From Longimicrobiales bacterium (GTDB taxonomy: Bacteria > Gemmatimonadota > Gemmatimonadetes > Longimicrobiales > Gaopeijiaceae), in contig JAWLHJ010000003.1 of NCBI GenBank assembly GCA_041690395.1, positions 288,001 through 352,000 of the forward strand: a stretch of 64,000 nt of DNA, in the 5' to 3' direction. Numbering within the stretch: the first letter of the stretch is position 1; each line of letters begins with the position of its first letter. Of this stretch, positions 48,315 through 57,608 are shown in pieces. A program made the translations under genes and the position numbers. The notes beneath the pieces are model-generated. The model was not told the DNA's origin, ran no database searches, and saw only the letters and a program-made list of their open reading frames with translations.

Positions 48315-49484
48315 TCAGCCTCCGTTCCCGGGCCGCACGCGGTCTCCCGGCTCGACCTCGTCCGCGGCCCGGATGACGGCGTCCCCGGGTTCCAGGCCCT
48401 CGGTGACTTCGACGAACGCGTCTCCTCGCACACCCAGACCCACATCCCTGCGCTCACTTCGGCCGTCACGCGCGAGCATGACCCAGGCCTCGTCCGTGGC
48501 CAGCCCGCGCACGGCGCTCACGGGCACGGTCACGCCGGCTCGACGCCGCTCCACCTCGAGGTTCACGGAGACCGTCATGCCCGGACGGAGGTAGGGGACC
48601 GTACCGTCGATGGACAGGCGGACCTCGACGGTTCCCTGCGCGTCATCGACCGCGGGTGCCACCAGGCTCACCGTAGCCTCGAAGACGTCGTCGGGGTACG
48701 CGTCGGCGGACACCCGTGCCGGCACGCCGACCGCGATGCGAGCCAGGTTCTCCTCGGCCGGAAACGTGACCAGCTCGGTCGGCCCGTCGGCGGCCAGCGC
48801 GAGCAACCCGCGCCCGGGCTGCACGGCGTCGCCCGGCTCGACCAGTCGGCTCAGGACGGTCCCGGCGTAAGGCGCGGCGATGGTGTGCCGAGCCAATCGG
48901 GCCCGTGCAGCCTCGAGCCCCGCGCGGGCCTCCGCGACCCTCGCGGTTCCCCCGGTGCCACCTGCTCCGGCGCGGGCGGCCCTCAGCCGGCTGAGGGCGT
49001 CCGCCTCACGCTGCTCGGCCTGCTCGAGGCGCTGCTGCGTGAGCCCACCCTCGAGGACGACGGAGCGAACGCGCTCCGCGTCGCGTCGGGCTTGCTCGAG
49101 CTCGAGCTCGGCCCGTCGGATCTCGTCCTCCGCGACGGCCTCCACGTCGGCGAACCGGGCCTCGGCCTGCGCCACGAGTGCCCGGGCCTCACGGTCGTCG
49201 AGCCGCAGGAGCAGGTCGCCGGCCCCGACGGCGTCGCCCTCTCGAACCGCCACGATGTCCACCACGCCGGCGACCCCAGTGCCGACGTCCGAGCGAATCG
49301 GCGGCCGCACCCGGCCGGTCACGACGAGCGTGCGCACCACCTCCCGGGAAGCCGCCTGCACGACCTCGACCTCCGTCGTCCGCACCCTCGGGTAGAGCAC
49401 GGCGGTGGCCGCCACGACGGCCACGCCCACGACCGTCCGCACCACCCACTTCCTTCGGCCGGTCCATCCGGCCTCGGAGGTCAC
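48315..49484 (-). CDS. efflux periplasmic adaptor subunit (MacA/HlyD-like)
   Basis: VREGDAVGAGDLL, helical hairpin, APYAGTV, LRPGMTV, GLEPGD. Confidence 0.88.
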   Translation of the reverse strand: MTSEAGWTGRRKWVVRTVVGVAVVAATAVLYPRVRTTEVEVVQAASREVVRTLVVTGRVRPPIRSDVGTGVAGVVDIVAVREGDAVGAGDLLLRLDDREARALVAQAEARFADVEAVAEDEIRRAELELEQARRDAERVRSVVLEGGLTQQRLEQAEQREADALSRLRAARAGAGGTGGTARVAEARAGLEAARARLARHTIAAPYAGTVLSRLVEPGDAVQPGRGLLALAADGPTELVTFPAEENLARIAVGVPARVSADAYPDDVFEATVSLVAPAVDDAQGTVEVRLSIDGTVPYLRPGMTVSVNLEVERRRAGVTVPVSAVRGLATDEAWVMLARDGRSERRDVGLGVRGDAFVEVTEGLEPGDAVIRAADEVEPGDRVRPGNGG

Positions 49485-50593
49485 GGGACCTCCTCCATCC
49501 GCGGGTTGTCGCGATACCATCGTCCGACCTTCGCGGCCGGCTCGCCATCGAGACGCACGACGTCCGCCGTGTAGTCGTAGCGCCCCCCCATGAGCGCGGA
49601 GCCGACCCCGTACGAGTCTACGGGCACGCCCATCTCCTCGAACATCCGGATCTTGTCGACCGTGAAGCCGCCCGAGACGGCGATGTGCACGTGTCCGAAG
49701 CCCCCGCCGTCGAGGGCCTCCCGCACGCGGTACACCAGGCGCGGGTTCACGCCGGTCGGGTCGAAGTCGCCCATCTCCTCGAAGAGCGCGCGGTCCACCA
49801 GCTTCGAAGAGGTATCGAGCCGGACGCCCCAAAGGCGCTCGCCGAGCGCCTCCGCCACCGCCAGCGACGTACCCACGCAGTCGTTGTCGAAGTCGACGAG
49901 CGAGATCACCCGCACATCGTCCGGCATCGTGTCCGCGAACGCCCGGGTCGCCCCCACCGTATCGCCACCGAACGCGGCGATGAGCGCGTGCGGCACCGTG
50001 CCGATCCCCTCGGAGCCCCACCACGACGCCTGCGCGTCGGTCGACACGCCGATGGCGCCGGCGACGTGGGCCGCCCAGCCGTCGCCGGTCTGCACCATCC
50101 AGTGGTCGTGGCGGGCCGGAAAGAACATCACCGGCCTCGGCCAGGCCGCCTCGACGACCGCGCGCGTGTTGGACGCGATCCGGGTACGTCGGGCGAGCAC
50201 GCCCAGGTAGAGGGTCTCGAGGTGCGCGAAGGCCGCATAGGGCCCGGTGACGTGCATGACCGGCTCCCAGGGCTCCGCCCCGTCCCCGTCGCGGAGCGCG
50301 CGGACCTCCAGGTCAGAGAAACGGTAGCCGTCGGTCAGGCAGAGCTTGAGGATGGCGATCGCCTCGTCGGTGCCCGCCACGAACGCGTCGTTCTTCTGGA
50401 AGACCTGCATGGTGACCTCCGCGCCGGGCCGCTCGGCCAGCACGACGTCACGGGCACGGACGAAGTACTTGTCCGAGTAGTATCCCTCGCGCATGCGGTC
50501 GACGGGAAGCTGGAAGACCGACGGGTCGAGTCGCTCCGCCGGGCGAAGCGGGTCCGGAGGTCGCGGGCGGGCCGGGTCTCGAGAATCGGTCAT
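49481..50593 (-). CDS. nicotinate/quinolinate phosphoribosyltransferase-like protein
   Basis: YSDKYF, LETLYLG, GTVPHALIA, LVDFDND, GVRLDTS, SGGF, YGVGS. Confidence 0.85.
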   Translation of the reverse strand: MTDSRDPARPRPPDPLRPAERLDPSVFQLPVDRMREGYYSDKYFVRARDVVLAERPGAEVTMQVFQKNDAFVAGTDEAIAILKLCLTDGYRFSDLEVRALRDGDGAEPWEPVMHVTGPYAAFAHLETLYLGVLARRTRIASNTRAVVEAAWPRPVMFFPARHDHWMVQTGDGWAAHVAGAIGVSTDAQASWWGSEGIGTVPHALIAAFGGDTVGATRAFADTMPDDVRVISLVDFDNDCVGTSLAVAEALGERLWGVRLDTSSKLVDRALFEEMGDFDPTGVNPRLVYRVREALDGGGFGHVHIAVSGGFTVDKIRMFEEMGVPVDSYGVGSALMGGRYDYTADVVRLDGEPAAKVGRWYRDNPRMEEVP

Positions 50594-50773
50594 GGGCGGC
50601 TCGGGTCGGGGGCTTAGCAGCTTGTTGCCAGCCCTCCTACCCCGGACCCGACGATGGATCCGCGGCGCCGCGCTCGGTCGACCTCCGTCGGGCCAGCTAG
50701 TATCTTCCCGTTTCGACTCTCAGCGGCCGTCCCCGCACCGAGGGCCGCCCCTTCGAACACGGAGCGACAGAGC

Positions 50774-51202
50774 ATGGCCATCCGAAGCGCCAACGCGGTT
50801 TGGGAAGGAGACCTCAAGGGAGGCCGGGGCATGGTCTCCACGGAGAGTGGGGCCCTCGACGTGCCGTACGACTTCCGGTCGCGGTTCGAGGAGGGTCAGG
50901 AGACGAACCCGGAGGAGCTGATCGGAGCGGCGCACGCAGGCTGCTTCTCCATGGCGCTCGCGAACATTCTGGCCGAGGCCGGCCACGAGCCGACCCGCGT
51001 CAGCACGACCGCCCGGGTGAAGCTCGAGATGCTCGACGACGGGCCGACCATCACGTCGATCGCGCTGAAGACCCGTGGCGTGGTGCCGGGGCTGGACGAA
51101 GCCGCCTTCCGCGAGCACGCCGAAGCGGCGAAGAAGGGCTGCCCGGTGTCGCGCGCGCTGAAGGCGGTCGACATCACCCTCGACGCCGCGCTGGAGGGCT
51201 GA
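50774..51202 (+). CDS. osmC: OsmC family peroxiredoxin
   Basis: TNPEELIGAAHAGCFSMAL, GCPVSRAL. Confidence 0.95.
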   Translation: MAIRSANAVWEGDLKGGRGMVSTESGALDVPYDFRSRFEEGQETNPEELIGAAHAGCFSMALANILAEAGHEPTRVSTTARVKLEMLDDGPTITSIALKTRGVVPGLDEAAFREHAEAAKKGCPVSRALKAVDITLDAALEG

Positions 51203-51236
51203 CCGACGGGCGGGCTCAGGGCCCGCCTACCCTCTC

Positions 51237-52460
51237 ATGATCACACTCGCGTGGATCCTGGGCGTCGCGCTGACGACGTCTTTCCTGTGCTCGATCCTCG
51301 AGGCGGTCTTCCTCTCCGTCTCGCACTCCTACACCGCGCTCCTCAAGGAAGAGGGGCACTGGGTGGGCGAGTGGCTCGAGAAGGCTCAGCGGAACATCGA
51401 CGAGCCGATCGCCGCCATCCTGACGCTGAACACGATCGCCCACTCGATGGGCGCCGCGATGGGTGGCGCCGTGGCCGCGAGGGTGTTCGGCGAAGCCTGG
51501 GTGACCGCCTTCTCGGCGGCGCTCACGCTCGCCGTGCTGCTCTTCTCCGAGATCGTGCCGAAGACCGTGGGCGCGACGTTCTGGAAGCAGCTCGTGGTTC
51601 CGTCGGTCTACGTCCTGCGCGTGATGATCGTGGTCATGAAGCCCGTCCTGATCCCCCTGGGATGGCTCTCACGAATGCTCACGCCCGACGGCGAGCAGCC
51701 GACGATCAGCCGTGCCGAGCTCGAGGTCCTGGCGGAGATCGGGCGTCGCGAGGGGGCCCTCGACGAGGACGAGTGGCGCGTGGTGTCGAGCGTCATCCGG
51801 CTCGACGAAGTGTCCATCGGCGAGGTCATGACGCCGCGTACCGACGTCGTGGCGATCGAGTCGACCGCGACCATCCAGGACGCCCGGGACACGATGCTCG
51901 AGGTCGGCCACATGCGCCTCCCTGTCTACGAGGAGAACCTCGACCACGTCCTGGGGATCGTGATCGGACGTGACGTATGGCGCGCCGACCGCGACGGGAT
52001 CACGGACCTCGAAGCCATCATGCGGCCTCTGCCCTTCGCCCCGGCTTCTAAGCCGGTCGAAGACCTCATCCCCGAGATGCGCCAACAGCGGACCAAGATG
52101 GCGGTCGTGCTCGACGAGTTCGGTGGAACCGCGGGGATCGTCACGCTGGAGGACCTCATCGAGGAGATCGTCGGCGAGATCCAGGACGAGCACGAAGCCG
52201 ACGAGCCCGTCGACTTCCAACCCCTGGCGGCCGGTCGGCTGCGCGTGTGGGGCGGCGCCTCGCTAAGGGAGGCCACCGAGCGGCTCGACTTCACGCCCGA
52301 CGAGGACGAGGACTTCGACACGGTGGGGGGGCTCGTCTTCGGACGGCTCAACCGCATTCCGTCGGTCGGCGACGAGATCGACATCGGGTCCGGCCGGCTA
52401 CGGGTGACCCGTATGCGGGGCCGGCGCATCGAGTATCTCCTCTTCCTGCCGGCCGCCTAG
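51237..52460 (+). CDS. CNNM/CBS/CorC 'hemolysin family' protein
   Basis: CSILEAV, SEIVPKT, VMTPR, VLDEFGGTAGIVTLEDLIEEIVGEI, DTVGG. Confidence 0.92.
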   Translation: MITLAWILGVALTTSFLCSILEAVFLSVSHSYTALLKEEGHWVGEWLEKAQRNIDEPIAAILTLNTIAHSMGAAMGGAVAARVFGEAWVTAFSAALTLAVLLFSEIVPKTVGATFWKQLVVPSVYVLRVMIVVMKPVLIPLGWLSRMLTPDGEQPTISRAELEVLAEIGRREGALDEDEWRVVSSVIRLDEVSIGEVMTPRTDVVAIESTATIQDARDTMLEVGHMRLPVYEENLDHVLGIVIGRDVWRADRDGITDLEAIMRPLPFAPASKPVEDLIPEMRQQRTKMAVVLDEFGGTAGIVTLEDLIEEIVGEIQDEHEADEPVDFQPLAAGRLRVWGGASLREATERLDFTPDEDEDFDTVGGLVFGRLNRIPSVGDEIDIGSGRLRVTRMRGRRIEYLLFLPAA

Positions 52461-52502
52461 AACGTCCCCGCGCGAGTAAGGCGGGCCTCGCGCAGGGCCT
52501 CG

Positions 52503-53078
52503 TCAGAGGGGATCCGCCTCCCCCGCCGCGGCGTCCACTCCAGCCCCCTCCGTCTCGGTGCCCTCCACTTCAGCGGCATTCTCGGCCGCCGCAGCTTCCC
52601 GTGCGATCTGCTTCTCCTCCAGCCAGAACGAGATCGCCAGCATGACGGCGCCGCAGGTGATGGCCATGTCGGCCACGTTGAAGATCGGGAAGTACCAGAA
52701 CCCCAGATCGAGCGGACCGATGAAGTCGACGACGCCACGGTCCCACCGGAGCCGGTCGTAGAGATTGCCCAGCGCGCCGGACACGACGAGCGCGATCGCC
52801 CCGATGCGCAGCCAGTCACCCCGCTCCGCCTGCTTGAAGAGGACGCCAAGCAGGCCCAGTGCCACGAACGTGATCGGCACGAAGAGCCAACGCGAGTCCT
52901 CTCCAACGCTGATGCCGAAGGCCGCGCCCTTGTTGAAGGCCAGCGTCAACGGCACCAGCCCGCCGAACAGCTCGCCCCGCTCGAAGGCCAGGGTGCGGAG
53001 CGCCCAGCTCTTGGTGACGAGATCGAGCGCGAGCACGACCGGGAGCGTGACGGCGAGAACGGTGAGCTTGGATCGCAC
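52503..53078 (-). CDS. lspA: lipoprotein signal peptidase II
   Basis: DLVTK, NKGAAFG, GALGNLYDR, GVVDFI, FNVADMAI. Confidence 0.95.
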   Translation of the reverse strand: MRSKLTVLAVTLPVVLALDLVTKSWALRTLAFERGELFGGLVPLTLAFNKGAAFGISVGEDSRWLFVPITFVALGLLGVLFKQAERGDWLRIGAIALVVSGALGNLYDRLRWDRGVVDFIGPLDLGFWYFPIFNVADMAITCGAVMLAISFWLEEKQIAREAAAAENAAEVEGTETEGAGVDAAAGEADPL

Positions 53079-53165
53079 GGGCGGTCCGATTCCGGGAATC
53101 GAGGGACGGGAGGGTTTCGCCAGTCTACGCGTTCGGCGGCGGTTCGTTCCCCGCGGGCGCGCGCG

Positions 53166-54746
53166 TCAAATGCGTCCGGGCTCGTCTCCGACACGCCCCA
53201 CCCACGAGATCGAAAAGAGGTCGGTGCGACGGTCGTTCCACGGCTGCACCGTCCCCGAGTAACGGTGGCGGCGGAGGAGCGCGAGGTCGACGTCCGCGAT
53301 GACGAGCGTCTCGACGTCGGGCGTGGACTCCGCGGCGATCCCGTCACGGGCGAAAGAGAAGTCGAGCGGGGTGAAGATGGCCGACTGCGCGTAGTGCACG
53401 TCGGCGTTGTCCACGAACGGCAGATTCCCCGTGCAACCGGCGATCGCGACGAACACGTCGTTCTCGACCGCCCGCGACATGGCCGCGTAGCGAGTCCTCA
53501 GGTAAGCCGACCGATCGCTCGCCGTGAACGGAACGAACAGGATCTCCGCACCGAGCCCCGAAGCGATGCGGGCCAATTCCGGGAACGCGACGTCGTAGGA
53601 CACCAGGATCGCGATCTTGCCGTGGTCCGTATCGAACACGCCGAAGCCCTCACCGCCCTCGAGGCCCCACCAGCGTCGCTCGTCCGGGGTCACGTGCAGC
53701 TTAGCCTGCTGCTCGATCGTGCCGTCGCGCCGGAACAGGTAGGCGATGTTGTACAGCCGATCGCCCTGCAGTGTGAACTGCGAGCCCCCGATGATGTTCA
53801 CGTTGTACTTCACCGCGGACCGGGTGAAGAACTCCAGATAGTCCGCGGTCCGGCCCGCCACGCCGCGCACCGCGTCGGCCGGCCGCCCCGCCGCCTCGAG
53901 CGCAAGGAGCTGCGTCGTCACGAGCTCGGGGAACAGCACGAAATCCGCCTTCTGGTCCGCCGCCGCATCCAGGAAGTACGCGCACTGGCGGCAGAACTCG
54001 TCCCAGCTCTCGATGGGACGCATCTGGTACTGCACCGCGCACAGCCGTACGGGGACCACGCGCTGCCAGGCCTTCTGGGGGTCGGGCACGTAGTCCAGGT
54101 TGGTCCACTCGAGGTGCGTCGCGTACCCGCGGGATGCCTCGTCCGACGGGAAATAGTCGGGAATGAGCGCCTTCAGCACGAAGCCGTTCGCGACCTGAGT
54201 GGTGAGCACGGGATCGTACAGCCCGCGTTCGGTCACCTTCTCGACGTACTCGCGAGCGGTCATCTCCTCGGCCTGGCCGCCGTACCCGGGAATGCGGCCG
54301 CCGATCACGATGCGCGCGAGGTTGAGGCGCCTGCAGAGGTCCTTGCGGGCGTCGTAGAGGCGCCGCGCAAGGTGCATGCCCCGGAAGTCCGGGTCCACCA
54401 TGATCTCGATGCCGTAGAGCGTGTCGCCATCGGGCTCATGATTGCGAATGAAGCCGGCGTCGGAGATCCGGGTCCAGTCGTGCCAGTCCTCGTAGCGATC
54501 GTAGTCCACGATGAGGGAGCTCGACGAAGCCACGATACGGCCGTCCAGCTCGATGCAGAGCTGCCCCTCCGGGAAGGTCCGGATCTGACTCTCGATCTGG
54601 TCGCGGCCCCACGGCTTCATGCCCGGAAACGAGCGGAGCTGCATGTCCACGAGCGCGTCGTAGTCGTCTTGCCGAATCGGTCGAAGCCGTATCTTCTTCT
54701 CGAAGTCCTTCAGCCGAAGCTTCACGCCCGTCCTCTTTTCCGACAT
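53166..54746 (-). CDS. bifunctional GNAT acetyltransferase / carbon-nitrogen hydrolase-fold protein (nucleophile Cys replaced by Ser)
   Basis: [39 protein letters not shown]. Nitrilase fold: FPE, KLHVTP, ILVSYD..FPE, RAVEN. GGAG RBS 7 nt before ATG 54746. Confidence 0.9.
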   Translation of the reverse strand: MSEKRTGVKLRLKDFEKKIRLRPIRQDDYDALVDMQLRSFPGMKPWGRDQIESQIRTFPEGQLCIELDGRIVASSSSLIVDYDRYEDWHDWTRISDAGFIRNHEPDGDTLYGIEIMVDPDFRGMHLARRLYDARKDLCRRLNLARIVIGGRIPGYGGQAEEMTAREYVEKVTERGLYDPVLTTQVANGFVLKALIPDYFPSDEASRGYATHLEWTNLDYVPDPQKAWQRVVPVRLCAVQYQMRPIESWDEFCRQCAYFLDAAADQKADFVLFPELVTTQLLALEAAGRPADAVRGVAGRTADYLEFFTRSAVKYNVNIIGGSQFTLQGDRLYNIAYLFRRDGTIEQQAKLHVTPDERRWWGLEGGEGFGVFDTDHGKIAILVSYDVAFPELARIASGLGAEILFVPFTASDRSAYLRTRYAAMSRAVENDVFVAIAGCTGNLPFVDNADVHYAQSAIFTPLDFSFARDGIAAESTPDVETLVIADVDLALLRRHRYSGTVQPWNDRRTDLFSISWVGRVGDEPGRI

Positions 54747-54762
54747 CGAAGGCTCCAAATAA

Positions 54763-55578
54763 ATGCTGATCGATTGCCACGTGCACCTGAATAACTACTA
54801 CACCGAAGAGGGCAAGCATCCCAGGCCGACGCGTGAGAACGTCGACCTCCTCTTCCAGGAGATGGACACGCACGGCATCGACCACGCGGTCGTGCTCACG
54901 TCGTATCTGGTCAACGTCTCCCGCCCGGCCGTCGAGGAGCTGCTCGAGCTCCTCGCCGAGGACGGTCGCACGACCATCGTCGAAGGCCTCCGGTGGCGGA
55001 GCGAGAACCGGACCGACCTGTTCGTCATGGAGGAGCGCATACGGGACGGGCTCGTGAAGGGCATCAAGCTCTACCCGGGATACGACCGTTACGCCATCAA
55101 CGACCCCTCGCTCGAGGCGGTCTTCCGGATCGCGGCCAAGCATGACGTGCCGGTGATGATCCACACCGGAGACACGTTCGCCAAGGGAGCGAAGGTCAGC
55201 CAGGCCCACCCGCTGCTCGTCGACGACGTGGCCGTGGACTTCCCGGACGTGCGCTTCGTGATGTGCCACCTGGGCAACCCGTGGTTCATGGATGCGGCTC
55301 AGGTCCTCTACAAGAACGACAACGTCTGGGCGGACGTGTCGGGGCTGGCGCTGAAGGAACCCGACGACGTCTACATGCGCTTCCTGGCCGACGGGGTCCA
55401 GCGCATGGTGTCGTACATGGGCGACCCCGGGACGAAGCTGATGTACGGCACCGACTGGCCGTTGGCCGATATGGGGATGTACCGCCGGCTCTTCGACCGC
55501 CTCGGGCTTCCCGAGGAGTCCAGGGAGGGCATCCTCTGGAAGACCGCTGCGGACCTTTTCGGGATCGAGGTTTCGTGA
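54763..55578 (+). CDS. amidohydrolase_2 family metal-dependent hydrolase
   Basis: [36 protein letters not shown]. Confidence 0.9.
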   Translation: MLIDCHVHLNNYYTEEGKHPRPTRENVDLLFQEMDTHGIDHAVVLTSYLVNVSRPAVEELLELLAEDGRTTIVEGLRWRSENRTDLFVMEERIRDGLVKGIKLYPGYDRYAINDPSLEAVFRIAAKHDVPVMIHTGDTFAKGAKVSQAHPLLVDDVAVDFPDVRFVMCHLGNPWFMDAAQVLYKNDNVWADVSGLALKEPDDVYMRFLADGVQRMVSYMGDPGTKLMYGTDWPLADMGMYRRLFDRLGLPEESREGILWKTAADLFGIEVS

Positions 55579-56273
55579 CGAGTGTCCCGGCCGGGGCGGC
55601 GTCCGGGCGGGCAGGCGGCGCGCGCGTGAGGCGCCCGCCCTTCCGGGCCGTCGCGCTCGGTGGACGAACCTACCAGGCGCTGGACCTCGACCACCCCGAG
55701 ATCGTGCGCGAGGTCACCCGCGACATGGACGAAGGCATTGCCGTCTACTACGACCGGAGGTGGGGGCTGACCGAGCGGTTCTGCCGTTTCCTTCTCGAGC
55801 GGCCCGCCCTGGTCGAGGGGCGCAAGGTCCTGGTGGCCGGCGCGGGGGTCGGCCTCGAGGCCGTGGTGATCGCGTCGCTGGCCGGACGGACGGTCGTCAA
55901 CGACCTGGCGCCGGCCTCGTTGACCCTCGCCGCGCGTCAACTCGAGGCGAACGGCCTGCAGCGCTTCGATCTCGACCCAGGGCTCTTCCAGGACGCGGAT
56001 CTCGACGGCGTCGACCTGGTGATCGCGTGCTTCGTCGTGTACAACGGAGAGACTCGAGACGCGATGGCCGAGCTCCTCCGCCGTGCGGCGGGGCGCGATA
56101 TCCCCGTCGTCCTGGCGAACGAGGACGTGGGCTCGTACTTCCAGGAGGTGCTGGACGGCGCCGCGGGGTCCGTGGAGACGATGGCGGAGTTCGAGCGCGG
56201 GCGGGTCGTCCGAGTGGGTGGTCCGGCTGGATCGAGTGGGCGAGGAGGTGAGTCTTTCTCCGCCTCCTCGTGA
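55575..56273 (+). CDS. class I SAM-dependent methyltransferase (Methyltransf_16-like)
   Basis: VEGRKVLVAGAGVGL, VVNDL, VDLVIACFVVY; GTGA overlap with the amidohydrolase. Confidence 0.7.
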   Translation: MTSVPAGAASGRAGGARVRRPPFRAVALGGRTYQALDLDHPEIVREVTRDMDEGIAVYYDRRWGLTERFCRFLLERPALVEGRKVLVAGAGVGLEAVVIASLAGRTVVNDLAPASLTLAARQLEANGLQRFDLDPGLFQDADLDGVDLVIACFVVYNGETRDAMAELLRRAAGRDIPVVLANEDVGSYFQEVLDGAAGSVETMAEFERGRVVRVGGPAGSSGRGGESFSASS

Positions 56274-56410
56274 GTCGTTCGATGTTCGAACGGTTTCTTT
56301 CGCCTCGCCGACAATGACGTAGGACTCCTATGTCCCGGTGGGGTGCGGAGATACGCTCAGGGGGTCCCCATGAGCGATCCTCTCCAAGTCGTTCGACTTT
56401 CGAACGACTT
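56241..56410. other. cluster of hairpins including two copies of a CGTTCGA-N3-TCGAACG palindrome
   Basis: Stems at 56241-56270, 56276-56292, 56347-56385 and 56386-56410. Confidence 0.6.
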
Positions 56411-56455
56411 TCGAAGCTCGCGTGCAAGGGGCCGCAGCACGAAGCCGGTCGCACT

Positions 56456-57331
56456 CTACCGCGAGAAATCGATCGACTCCAGCTCCACCGTCCTCCGCCA
56501 CGCGTCATACTGCCGACGAAGGTCCAGGAGCGGATTCTCAGCCAGCCGCTCGGTGTGCACGGAGAGCGCAAGCCACGGCGCGTCGGGGGTGCCGGCGTCG
56601 GTCATGCCGATGTTCTCGGTCGCGTAGGGCTCGTCCCCTCCGCGCGCCACCAGGATGGCGGCCATGGACGTCGTCTGGCGGACGTTCCCCTGATTACAGC
56701 GAACGTCGCCTCCCGCGACGGACCCCGCCTCGAGGGCCCTCATGAGCCGGTCGGGGAGCGAGTTGAAGCCGGCCGGGTCGTCCCGCCGGTAGGCGTCGAG
56801 CGGCGCTCGCACGACCTCGGGGCTCTCCAGGGTGTTCCCCTGTGAGCTCACCCCGTGGCTCGCGTCGGCCATGACGCCCGCGTACCGCACCGAACCGTCC
56901 TCGTCGGTGGTCATCCCCTGTCTGGACGGCGTGGTGTAGCCGGCCACGTGCACCAGTCCGTCGTGCATGGTGACCACCCCGTACTGGCGCCGGTCGAGCT
57001 CGGTGTCGCGCTCCGGATCGGTGACGCGCAGGATCACCTCCTCGGCCGTCAGCCCCTCCTGGATGGCCTCGAACACGACGTTCCGGTTGTCGATGTCGAA
57101 GCCCGCCTGCGTGGCGGCAGCGCCCATCCCGGGCACGAGCGCGGCCACCCCGTCGCCGAACGTCTCGACGCACGACGACACCGCGACCCCGACGTCTCCG
57201 GTCTCCGGATCCACCGCGACCACGGACCACGTGGTCATGTCGAGCTCGCGGGGATACTCCGGCTCCTCCGGGGCGCACGCCACCAGGGTCACGAGGGCGA
57301 AGATGGGGGCGGTCCGCAGGGTCGGGTGCAT
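56456..57331 (-). CDS. DUF1028 (Ntn-hydrolase-like) lipoprotein
   Basis: LVAC lipobox, TWSVVAVDPETGDVGVAVSS, GAAATQA, RRQYGVV, QGNTL, GGDVRC. Confidence 0.85.
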   Translation of the reverse strand: MHPTLRTAPIFALVTLVACAPEEPEYPRELDMTTWSVVAVDPETGDVGVAVSSCVETFGDGVAALVPGMGAAATQAGFDIDNRNVVFEAIQEGLTAEEVILRVTDPERDTELDRRQYGVVTMHDGLVHVAGYTTPSRQGMTTDEDGSVRYAGVMADASHGVSSQGNTLESPEVVRAPLDAYRRDDPAGFNSLPDRLMRALEAGSVAGGDVRCNQGNVRQTTSMAAILVARGGDEPYATENIGMTDAGTPDAPWLALSVHTERLAENPLLDLRRQYDAWRRTVELESIDFSR

Positions 57332-57431
57332 CGAATTCACTCCGTGAGGTTTCGTTGGGTCGCGCCAAGGTAGGGCGGCGCGAGGGAGGGCGCCACGCGG
57401 TCCGTCTCGCACTCGAGCGCGACATCTCCTC

Positions 57432-57511
57432 CGGTCACTTCCGAGTCACCGAAAGCGCGCGAAGCGGGCTCATTCCGGTGCGCCGGTCACGGCTCCGTAA
57501 AATGCTGTAAA
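57432..57511 (+). promoter_or_regulatory. Pho-box-like direct repeats upstream of phoX
   Basis: GTCAC at 57434 and 57445 (11 bp period); GTCAC/GTAAA/GTAAA at 57486, 57497 and 57507. Confidence 0.5.
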
Positions 57512-57608
57512 GAGATGGCTTCGAGGGCCGAAATCGCATTGTGGGACGGGCCTTTCTACCGGTAGCGTCATCGCGTCCCATCGACGCATCCTCCCTCGGA
57601 GACACCCC

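Noticed and set aside
53598..53600. Sec codon at the nitrilase nucleophile
   Set aside because: The codon is TCC (Ser), not TGA.
56358..56385. RBS-preceded micro-ORF (MGTP) on the minus strand
   Set aside because: Only four codons and buried in a hairpin; no supporting evidence.
56271..56627. Selenocysteine read-through of the methyltransferase TGA, which is followed by a hairpin and an open frame
   Set aside because: The extension has atypical codon usage, no redox motif, and runs into the antisense DUF1028 gene. The hairpin starts too close to the UGA for a typical bacterial SECIS.
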